64,000 nucleotides of DNA from Eledone cirrhosa (Eukaryota), in NCBI GenBank assembly GCA_964016885.1, contig OZ024743.1, forward strand, positions 127,472,001 to 127,536,000, written 5' to 3'. Shown here piece by piece: positions 50,925-62,159 of the stretch. Below the pieces are notes generated by a model, which saw only the letters and a list, made by a program, of their open reading frames with translations, was not told the origin of the DNA and ran no database searches. A program made the position numbers and the translations under genes. Each line of letters starts with the position of its first letter. Position 1 is the first letter of the stretch.

Positions 50925-53865
50925 GCGCTATAAAAGACAGATTCTATGAGACACTGATGCTCACTACCTCCCAAATAACCGACAGTGACTATATAATTAT
51001 TGCTGGCGACCTAAATGGCCACGTTGGACAACATTGTGACGGCTATGACGGAATCCACGGAGGCTATGGGTTTGGTACTAGAAACGAGGAAGGCTCCAGA
51101 ATCCTGGAATTCTGTGATGCAAATAACCTAACTACCAGTAACACTAACTTCAAAAAACGAGACAATCACTTGATAACCTACAGATCAGGGGAACATACCA
51201 GCCAGGTAGATTATATCCTTACCAGAAGACGTGACAGAGTGTCTGTTGTAAACACTAAATCCCTCCCCCATGAAGAATGCACCTCCCAACATAGACTGAT
51301 AATTAGCGACCTCATAGTCAGGACGAGACGTACTAGACAGCAGAAGAGGACTATCCTCAGGAGAAAAATATGGAAGCTAAAGGATCCCACAGCCAGAAAT
51401 AAATTTCAAAGCATATTACTTGATGCTTTCGACAGTAAGGAAGAGCAATTAGAGTCGTACAATGTAGAGGAACAGTGGGAATTCCTGAAAGCAAACCTGC
51501 TGATGGCGGCAGACGAAGTCTGTGGCTGGAGCAGGCCTGTAGGCAGGAGGAGAGTAACATGGTGGTGGAACAGTAAGGTGGAGGGGTCAATCAAAGCCAA
51601 AAAGCAGGCTTGGAAAGCATGGCGGGATGGGGGAAGTAGAGAAGACTATCAAGTGGCCAGGAGGGAAGCTAGGAGACAAGTGTACTTCGCAAGAAGGGAA
51701 ACAGAGGAAAGAAAGTTCAAGCATGTTCTACAACGCGAGGACCCAAAACGTGAGGTGTTCAGGAATGCTAGGCAATGTGTCAAGGAAACCCGTGATATTG
51801 TCGGGGAGAAGTGTGTACTTAACGATGATGGCGTACTTGCCATCACTGACGCTGATAAGAAGGTAGCTTGGAAGTGTCACTACGAAAGGCTACTAAATGA
51901 GGAGAATAAATGGCAGAAAGACAGTCTCCCCCACATCGACCCAATAGAGGGACCAGCAGTGTTAGTCGAAGGTAGTATAATAAGTAAGGCAATCAAAGAT
52001 ATGAAGACGGGTAAGGCGGCTGGGCCTTCGGAAATAGTTGCTGAGATGCTGAAAGTCTCTGGAACGGTGGGACACACCATGGTCACCCGGATAGTAAACC
52101 AAGTCATACAGAATGGGGTTGTTCCGAAGGACTGGCGTAGCAGCATCATCGTTAACTGTTACAAGGGTAAAGGAGACGCCCTAGATAGGAGTAAATATAG
52201 AGGCATTAAATTAATCGACCAAGTCATGAAGGTCACGGAAAAAGTAATAGCGCAACTAATCAGAGAGAGAATTGATCTAGATGAAATGCAGCTCGGGTTT
52301 GTGTCAGGCAAAAGTACCACAGACGCTCTTTTCATTGTACGACAACTACAGGAGAAGTACCTAGCTAAAAGTAAACCCCTATACTTAGCTTTTGTCGACT
52401 TGGAGAAAGCCTTCGACAGAGTCCCCGTTCCATTATCTGGTGGGCTCTTAGAAAACTAGGTGTTGACGAATGGCTTGTGAGAGCTATACAAGCCATGTAT
52501 AAAGAAACAGTCAGCAAGGTTAGAATTAACAACGAATATAGTGAAGAGTTTAGCGTAAAAGTTGGTGTCCATCAGAGCTCTGTTCTTAGCCCCCTACTAT
52601 TTATTATTGCCCTTCAGGTTATAACAGAGGAGTTCAAGACCGGCTGCCCATGGGAACTCCTATACGCAGATGATCTAACGCTCATAGCTGAATCAATGGC
52701 CGAGCTAGAGAAGAAATTCCAAACATGGAAGCACGGCCTAGAATCAAAAGGCCTTAAAATTAACCTGGCTAAGACTAAAGTTCTAGTTTGTAGGAAAGAA
52801 AATAAGGCGCCGGTCCCTTCCGGGAAATGGCCATGCTCAGTGTGTAGGAAAGGAGTAGGTAGAAACTCCATTTTATGTCCCAAATGCAAACTATGGGTGC
52901 ATAAAAGATGTAGTGGGATCACAGGTAAGCTAACTAAGAACATAGATTTTATATGTGGCCGGTGCTCTGGTGCAATAAGTAGCAGCAAGTGCCCACAGAA
53001 TACTAGCTCTTTCAATTGCGCAGAGGGTTCTATAGAAATAGTGGACAGCATCCGTTACCTGGGTGACAAAATCAGCAGTGGGGGAGGGTGCTCTGAAAGT
53101 ACAGTAGCTAGAGTCAGAACTGGATGGAAAAATTTCAGAGAGCTTATACCACTATTAGCCGCTAAAGGGTTCTCCCTAAAAATGAAAGGCAGGTTGTATG
53201 ATGCCTGAATACGAACAGCAATGTTGCATGGCAGTGAGACCTGGGCATTGTGTGCAGAGGATATACGCAGACTAGAGAGGAACGAAGCTTGCATGCTCCG
53301 CTGGATGTGTAATAGTAATATACGTGAACGGCAAAGCATAAATGAACTAAGGAAAAAATTAGAGATAAGAGGGATCAGATGTTGTTTACTCGAGAGAAGG
53401 CTACGTTGGTATGGACACGTGATGCGCATGAAAGTCGATAGCTGTATAACAAAGTGCAGGGCAATAAAGATAGACGGTAGCCACGGAATAGGCAGACCTA
53501 GAAAAACCTGGGACGAGCTGATAAATTCCGACCTCACACACTTACACCTCTCCAAGACAATGTCACTGGACCGAGACCTTTGGCGGTACTCAGTAATAGA
53601 GAAGACCCGCCTTACCTAAATACAAAGTAAAACCTACTACAGTCAGTAGGCATCTCTAACAAAATACACCCCCCCCCCCCATCCACACCGCCCCTTTCAA
53701 TGTAAAGTTATGTTGGTGCCACAACATCCAGGCCGAAACAAATGAGATCGTGTAGGTGTCACGACAAAAAAACACACAGTCCACGCTGTAATGTGGCCGT
53801 GTAGGCAACACGGTAAAAACCTCCCATCCCCACACTGTAAATGTGGTTGGTGTTAGGAAGGGCAT
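50925..53865 (+). mobile_element. RTE LINE family A, near full-length (APE endonuclease C-half, RT, PHD-type finger, 3' UTR); one frameshift (~52430) and one stop (53206-53208)
   Basis: IIAGDLNGHVG, SQVDYIL, SQHRL (APE); YRGIKL, FVDLEKAFDRV, LLYADDL (RT). Confidence 0.95.
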
Positions 53866-54489
53866 AGGTCTAGAGCTAAATATAGTAGAATAATCGAGTA
53901 TCGAAAAATCGGCGCACGAGTTCACGATAAACAAAATTCGATATGAGCGGCAGAGGGCTCCATAATTTAGATAAATCAGAGCTATAACTATCGTTAAAAT
54001 ACCGTCACACATAGAACAAGTCTATAATCAACCGTACGATCGAAAAGTTGCGATCTGGAAGATTCGGGACACTCAGATAAAAAATCAATAAATCAATAAA
54101 TCAAATGAATGTAAAAAGCACGCCCGGACCCGCTAGAAAGATGTTAAATCTAGCTTCTTGGGTTTCTGTAAATCCTTAAACTGTTCTCTATCAGCTCACA
54201 TAAAAATATATAAGACTTCTAGATACCAGCGGACAGGAAATTTACTTCCTCAACGAGCTTTGTCCAAACGAATGAAAAGGCATAACCCACGCTAAATACG
54301 CACATGGAATTCGGCAAGGGAGATAACCTCTATATCCGCGAAAAATATTCGGGAAAATGTGGAAATACACATATCGAATAAGAGTGCTCAATAGACATGT
54401 TAAAATAAACAGGAGCTATTCATCATTTAATAGAATCGACAAAAAATGAACAATAAAATTAACTGGTCAATAGCTAGGTCTAGAGCTAA

Positions 54490-54687
54490 AAGGAAGGCGT
54501 GGTAGGGGTAGACCACGAAAAACATGGGCGGAGGTGGTGAGAACAGACCTCAGATCCCTGAAGCTCACGGTGGAGATGACGAAGGACCGTGACAAGTGGA
54601 GAGATGCTGTGCTGAATAAGACCCGTCCCACCCTTGTCAACAGGGAAGAGTGGGCGTAAAATGCTGATGATAATGACGATGATGATA
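54490..54687 (+). mobile_element. RTE family B 3' fragment
   Basis: Reverse complement of 48681-48870 (GACAAGTGGAGAGATGCTGTGCTG). Confidence 0.85.
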
Positions 54688-54956
54688 TATATTTATATCT
54701 TTAAACAAAATTGGGCTTTGAAACTTTAGGTAGTGGTTTTGTTCTGTGTATGACCATAAATAAAATAATATAATATATGAGACAAGGTCCTTTATACTTT
54801 CTGCCTAACAAACTTCACCCACAAAGCTATAGTAGAATACATTTGCCCAAGCTGTTATACTTTGGGATCGAACCCGATGTCACAAGGTTGCGAAGAGAAC
54901 TCTTTAATGATACAGTCACAGTCACGCCTACGTCTCCTGTTTCTGAAATGTATTTA

Positions 54957-57900
54957 TCTATTTATTAATTTGAAGAACGTCAGTATTCCGTCTGTCATAA
55001 TTCTCGATTATCATTGGTTCATAGGTTTCAAACGACTCCGCCCACCTCAACGACGCCAAACTGAAATTAATATGCATAATGCCAATGAGGGAGTGAGAGG
55101 GGAGAGTGTGAACGCTGTATTCAATAACTATTAACATGTGTGCGTGTGTATGTACGTGCGCGTATGTTTATGTGTGTGTGCGTGCGTGCGTGCAGCGTTC
55201 CACAGAAACTAAAAACTATCAATATGTGTGCGTGTGTAAGTTTGCGTGCGTGTGCGTGTTTCCATGCGTGTATGTGTGTGGCGTTCCAGAATCGCCACGC
55301 AGTTTATCTGTCTGTGTGCCTGTCTGTCAGTCTAACATATACAGAGTTGTGAAGGGAGTAAATAGGGACCTTTCTTTACATTGACGGACATCTTTTATAT
55401 TTATTATTGTGTCATTTTGTGACAATTGCTCGAAATGAATACTGATAATAAAAGCAATTCGACTTTATCAAACAGTAAACTACAGCGGCGACGCCGTACA
55501 GCCAGCAATGAAGAAAAACGGGCTGAACAGCGCCATCGGAACGCTGAACTTCTGAGGCGAAGACGTGCCGCCATGATTGAAGAGGAGCTGGCTGAACAAC
55601 TCCAACGAAACACTGGAGCCAAGCAGCGACGGCGTGCTGCGATGGTTGAAGACGAACTGGCTGAGTATCATCAGCAGATGGCCAGAATTCAGCAGCAACG
55701 GCGTGCTGCGATGTATGAAGAGGAGCTAGCTGAACAGCGCCAGCGCAATACAGAAGTTCAGAGAATTTATCGCCAAAGTGCTCCTCTTTCCAGTAAAGAG
55801 GCTAGAAGGTGAACGAATGATATTAAAAATGGATCATGGCAACCGTGTCATTTTCAGATTGGTGGACGAGCAGAGTGGCCACAATGTGGAGCATTGCTTT
55901 GGAGGCACGAAAAGACGTGGACCACAATGTGCTGTCATAAAGGAGCAGTTCAACTAGAACCCTTGCGAATGCCGGATGAGTCACCGGAGTTTAAAATACT
56001 AAGTATGTGGGTTGATCAAGGAGACCGAGGTAGATTACTGCGCAAATATTCGCGGCAAATTAACAATTCATTAGCTTTAGCATCGCGGAGAGTTAGTGAG
56101 ATGTTTGAGAGTGGAGCATGGCAACCGTATGTAGTCATTCAAGGCCGTTTGTATCATTGTATCGGTAATTTAGAAGTTACCTCAGGAGAGAGGCCTCGAT
56201 TCGCTCAAAGTTACGTTAACGATCCAGATTATAGTGAATCGGAGGGGGATATCAGGATCGGTTGGATGAAGTTGCCGGGACATATAATTGAACTTGAACG
56301 GCAAAGGTTAAGTGATTTGATCCGTGATTTGCAATCATGTCTTAGATAGTGTAATCCTTATGTTATGGATTTCATGTTGGTGGCTGAACTGAAAAATGTT
56401 CAGCAGCAAACATTGGTGATTAAGGCTGACGCAGTGCCAAGGAATCAACACGAACGGCGATATAATGCCCCTGAAGGATTTCGTGAAGTTGCTGTGTTGA
56501 TGGACGATAAGCCTGGATCGTGAGATATCGTCCTCAATCGCAGAGATGGTGGTCTCAAGACTATCAATGAGTCAAATAGGGCATACGATCCATTGCATTA
56601 TGTTCTTTTATTCCCAAAAGGTGAAAATGGATGGAACATGTCTGTTCATTTAGATGATCATGAGAATCAGTATCAACAGGGAGGTGGCAATAGACACAAT
56701 AATTTGATTCGCGACATTTACGCGTTCCATTTGAACGAGAGGAATCAACAGAGAAACGCGCTATTTCAAGCCAGCAGATTGTTCCAGGAATACTGTTGTA
56801 TGGCATTCGCAAAGATCGAAAATCAAAGGCTAAATTATATAGCTCCACATCAGCAACATATCAGAGCTGAATTGTATAATAATATACAGGATGCGATAAC
56901 AGCCGATGATGCCAATTACAAGCAAATTGGTCGACGCATCATTTTGCCATCGTCATTCATCGGTGGCCCGAGATATATGAACATTCGATATCAGGATGCA
57001 ATGGCTTTTGTCAGAAAGTTTGGAAAGCCAGATTTGTTTATAACGGTTACATGCAATCCTGAATGGACTGATATTAAGGATGCACTTTTGCCAGGACAAC
57101 AGCCAAACGACCGTCCTGATATTGTGGCAAGAGTATTCAAAGGATATCTGGAAAAGATAATGGATGATGTGGAAAAAGAGGGAACCTTTGGAGGTATAGT
57201 TGCTTTTACATACGTAATTGAATTCCAAAAAAGAGGATTGCCACGTGCACATTTGCTGATCATTTTACATAGAGATTGCACATTGAGATGTGCTGAGGAT
57301 GTCGACAGCATTGTGTGTGCTGAACTGCCGGAGAATGAGGCACTACGCAACTTGGTGGCAAAGTCAATGGTGCACAACCAATGCGGAGTGGCAAATCGGA
57401 AAGCGCCTTGCATGAAAAATGACCAATGCACTAAGCACTTTTCGAAATCTTTTGTCACGAACACTTCCTGGAACGATGGGGATGCTCATCCCTCATACAG
57501 AAGACGGTAGCCTGCCGATGGCGGTTTGGTCGAAAATCTAAACGGTCGACAGGTTAGAAATCAATGGGTTGTGCCATACAATCCATATTTGATTATGAAA
57601 TATCGTTGTCATATTAATGTGGAAATTTGTAGCTCAGTGAAAGCTTGCAAATATCTATTCAAATATGTTTACAAAGGTCATGATCGGGAAATGATCAATG
57701 TCAGGAATGAGGAAGCGAACCAAGGAGATGAAGTTGGCAGGTTCCAGGATGTTCGCTCGATTGGATCTAGCGAAGCTTGCTGGAGATTGTTCGATTTTGA
57801 TCTCAATGAACGCAAACCCAGCGTTCAGAAACTGACGGTTCACTTAGAGAATAGGCAAATGTCCTGTTTTCAGGACACTAGAAGAGGTGTTGAAAGAATT

Positions 57901-60885
57901 GCTAACGCACCACCTCCTAAGACGGAATTGACTGAGTGGTTCAAGCATAATAGGGAACATGCTTTGAACCCGGATCAAAGGCAACTCTATTGCGATTTCC
58001 CTTCGCACTATACGTGGGATAAGAAGGGAAAGAAATGGAATGATAGAAAACAAAAGTTGAGATTCATGACTATTGGACGGGTTTGTAATGTCCATCCAGC
58101 ATCTGGTGATGTGTTTTATCTCCGAATTCTGTTGCATAGTGATTTTTCGAGAGATAAACAGAGCTTCGCTGATTTGAAAACAATCAATGGCGTGGAGTAT
58201 GAAACATACCAGGCTGTGTGTCAGCATCTGGGACTCCTTCAGGATGACGCTGAATGGAATAACGCCATGGAAGCTGCAGGAACAACACAGATGCCAGCTC
58301 AAATAGGGCAGTTGTTTGTCATAATTTTAGGATTCTGCAATCCTGCCGATCCAAGAGAGTTATTTGAACGCCATTGGGGAATTTATGGCTGATGATTTTA
58401 GGCATCATCATCATCAGGTCGATGATGAAAATTTGATGAAAGCTATTGTTTTGCTCAATATTGAACAACTGCTTGAAGTTCATTTCAAATGTTTAACAGA
58501 TTTCAATTTGCCAATTCCTGATGAAGAAATGCGGCAACGTGTCTTAGCATTGAACATGAGATTGCAGCTTAGACGGTTGCCACTCGATCGGAGGGAACGT
58601 ATTGTGGATGAACGTATGCCAATGTTGACCCAATCTCAGAGAGAATTGGTCGATGGCGTTCTCCACTCGATTTCCCCTAATGAGCAACTTTGTGCTTTCA
58701 TAGATGCTCCAGGAGGCACCGGAAAGACATTCTGTTTCAACACTATGTTATCAGCAGTCAGAGCTCAGAGGAAGATTGCTCTCCCTGTGGCCACCAGTTG
58801 GATCGCTGTCACTTTGCTGAGTGGTGGAAGGGAAGGACCTTCCACTCATGCTTCAAGGCTCCATTGTTGAGTGTCTGTAACATTACAGGACAAAGTGAAC
58901 TCGCGGGCCTTAAACGCAATACGTCTCTGATTATTTGGGACGAGGCTCCAATGGCACACATATTTGCTGGAGGCATTGGACAGAACTTTGAGAGATATCT
59001 GCGGTAGTGACCTGCCATTCGGTGGTAAGACTATCGTTCTTGGTGGCGATTTCAGACAGGTGCTACCAATTGTTAGGAATGCTCAAAGAGCGCAAATTGT
59101 CGATGCATGTCTGAAAAAGTCCTCGTTGTGGCGCCATTTCAGAGTTTTGCGATTACACGATAATATGCTACTTCGTATGTTCGGGCAAAACGAAGAGGCT
59201 GAGACATACGGCCGATGGTTGATGCAGTTGGGAAAAGATGAATTGCCACACGTTGGTGATAATCAGACTGTAAGAATCCCAGACCATTTGGTCATGCCAC
59301 TGGACCGCCAAGCATTGATTGACTGGGTGTTCCCTAATTTGAATGCTTTGGGGCAGAATATCTCCTGGATATCGGAACTCGTTATTCTAACTCATACGAA
59401 TGCAACGGTCGATGAAATAAATTCACAAGTAGCCGGAATGTTTCCTGGAGAGGAATGGTTGACCGTCAGTGCGGATGCAATGGAGCCTAATCAGCAGAAC
59501 AATATGGATGTTCCGACTGAGTATCTGAATTCACTTCAAATACCCCCCCCCCCCCCACATATTTTGGGGTTGAAAAAGGGGTTGAAAAAGGGTATGCCGA
59601 TAAAATGGGTCTTTGCAATGGTACCAGATTGATTGTTGAGAGATTGATTAACGGAAGAATTTTAGAAGCTAAACTCCCAGGCAGATAGGACTCGGTTCTC
59701 ATTCCGAGGATCATGCTGAGACCAAGTGAAGATCTGCTGCCATTCATTTGGCAAAGGAGACAGTTTCCCGTCAATTTGGCCTTCTCCATGACTGTCAACA
59801 AGGCACAGGGACAGACTTTCAAGCGAGTCGGTGTTTACTTGAATGATCCAGCATTCAGCCATGGGCAACTGTATGTTGCTGCATCTCGAGTGTGCGATCC
59901 TGATGGTGTAAACTGTACAATAGATAGCATTAACAGAAGAACAACCCTGAATATTGTCTATAATGAAGCTTTGAGCTGATGTATGCATATCTTTAATGCT
60001 ATCAATAAGCGTCGTAAATGATTCGGACATTGGTCTCCTTTGATCAGTATTGTGAGCTTTGACAGAGTTATCATTTATGTTCAATGTCATTTATTGTCGA
60101 TAATGAGCAATAAAAACCAACAGGTATTGGTAGAAATTGCCTTCAAATTTATCGCTTCTGATAGCGGTGGTAATAAAACCTCATCATATGCTGAGTCTGG
60201 CAAAAAGTTTGGTGCCTATGGCCGGCCAGGGCTAGAGTAATATTGAAAAACGATTCTATTTTCGAAGTAGAAGGATCCGCCATTTGGAGTTCAAACCAGG
60301 CCACCTCCCCGAGTTGAACTCTGAGCAATATTGGCTGATTATTACTCAGTGGCTAAGAGCCTTGAAATGACTGAATAAATTTTTGTGTCATATAATTTGT
60401 TGTTTTTTTATTATAGCTGACCACTTATAGATAAACATGTTATGTATATCCATATTAATTTGGCATTTGTATAAACCATTTCAAGTAAATAGGGACCTTT
60501 TTTACAGACATCTTCTATATTAATTATCTATATCTATATCTACATATAATATAAAGGATTGGAACTTCCATCATCCTTTTGAGAAACGTGGAACAACCAC
60601 GTCTATGCAATGATACACGTTTTACAGTCAGGCAGAAGATTAACCATCTCCTAGAGGTACCTATTTTAGGTGGGAGCACCTAGAATTGTTCATATACTAT
60701 GCACAAACGGAACAACGAAGAATCTGGTATATCTGGAAGATTTTTTTTACTGTTTTTAGTATCACACAGACACCACGGACTCGCCTCATACTGTAACCAG
60801 ACAAATATCCAATACAGTCATTTTCTCTTTTACCTGTCTTCTCTTATTATCTGTTTACCCGGGCGAAGCTGGGTTCGTCAGCTAG
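54957..60885 (+). mobile_element. Helitron, autonomous type, decayed
   Basis: Candidate A|TC 5' end at 54957 (less certain). 3' hairpin ACCCGGGCGAAGCTGGGT followed by CTAG|T at 60882-60885. Internal RepHel coding region. Confidence 0.8.
55426..59979 (+). pseudogene. RepHel (HUH Rep plus PIF1-family helicase) with several stops and frameshifts
   Basis: Rep motifs PDLFITVTCNP, VIEFQKRGLPRAHLL (first His to Arg) and KYLFKYVYKG; helicase motifs GGTGKT, IIWDEAPM, GGDFRQVLP, FSMTVNKAQGQT and FSHGQLYVAASR. Confidence 0.95.
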
Positions 60886-61055
60886 TTGTTTTAATTTATA
60901 TATGTCAATCATATTCAAGAGAGTAAAATATAAAAATAATCCAAAATTGTTTATTTTAAGTGACAATAGAATATTCTAAGAATTCCTTATTTTTTTTTTA
61001 ATTTTTGAACTTTTTTTATTTAGGAAATTCTAAAATTAGAGTTAGACGACTGTTA

Positions 61056-61063
61056 TGACGTCA
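61056..61063. promoter_or_regulatory. CRE palindrome TGACGTCA in the putative NHEJ1 promoter region
   Basis: Perfect 8-mer ~175 bp upstream of the ATG, with an extra ACGTCA half site at ~61078. Confidence 0.35.
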
Positions 61064-61236
61064 GCGAAATGACATAAACGTCATCACAAGTTGTGTGCAA
61101 GTCCGATAACTCTAAAGTTTATAGAGATAATTTTAATTTAGTTTGTCCATTTTATGGATTTTTGTTAATGTTGTCTTCTTCGCAGGAATCGATAGCTTAA
61201 TAAAACAGAAGAAAGATCCGTATAACTAGTTCCCAA

Positions 61237-61434
61237 ATGGATCTAGAGACGAAATGGAGAACCTTATGGAAACCGGACTTAAAATGCTCTCCGTGGCGAG
61301 TCCTACAAGCTGATGAATATGTATATATGATTAAAACTCGCTTTGGAGAGAATTGTTACGAATGTATGATCACAGACCTTACTAATTATTGGTTCGAATC
61401 ATTAACAGAAAGCGAATTCTGCCAACGTTTTCAG
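61237..61434 (+). CDS. NHEJ1: First coding exon of non-homologous end-joining factor 1 (XLF/Cernunnos) homologue
   Basis: PWRVLQADEYVYMIKTRFGENCYECMITDLTNYWFESLTESEFCQRFQ aligns with the human XLF N-terminus as recalled (PWAWLQL...[37 protein letters not shown]). Acceptor TTCTTCGCAG ends at 61185; phase-0 donor CAG|GTAAAG follows 61434. Confidence 0.85.
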
Positions 61435-62159
61435 GTAAAGATATATGTATATATATATATTTTGTCTCTTATGACTGACTTTAAAAATGTTTTATGTAAG
61501 TTAATTTATAAAAAAAAAACTCAATTATTTCCTCATTTAAATAGTCATAATGATTAATTTTTTAGGCAAACCAAATACGTAGCATTGCCGCAGGTGATAG
61601 CGAGGCTAATATGCTGGAAAACCCAGCACCTTCGTGGGCATCACCTCATACGTCGGTAGGGCGAGCCGCCAACAATGACAAGAACATCGCTGTCATCAGC
61701 CTAGTTCCTTCAAATGCCTCAAATACCACAGTCTTAAAAAACAAACAAACAAAAACAAAACATTTTACAGATAATTCCTGGTAATTTAGAATTTTATTCC
61801 GATCGGCTACGGATGCGGTGACCTTCACCGCAACATCTAGAATGTGGGAAGGAGCAAGAGTCGCTAACTGTGACGTCCCAAATGAGAGAATGTGAGTGAC
61901 TTGGTGGTAAGGATGCTGTACTCATAATAATAAGGTCGCCATTCTGATTCCAGGCCCGGGCAGTGCGTTGTGTCTTTGAACAAGACTTTTTATTTCTTGT
62001 TGTTTCAGTCCACTCAGATGGCGAAAATGAGTTGTACTTATAATTCAAAAGGCCAGCGTTTTTAATAATAATTGTTTCTACTTTTGGCACAATGCCAGCA
62101 ATTATACTAGTGTATTACTGGTACTTTATTTTATCGACCCCGTAAGGATAAAAGTTTTT

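Noticed and set aside
48731-53555. Long antisense ORFs over the RTE elements (and over RepHel and CR1)
   Set aside because: Shadow ORFs of the transposon coding strands, without independent motifs.
61575-61680. GC-richer structured stretch in the NHEJ1 intron as an HDV-like ribozyme
   Set aside because: Only simple hairpins could be formed; the required P1/P3/P1.1 topology was not found.
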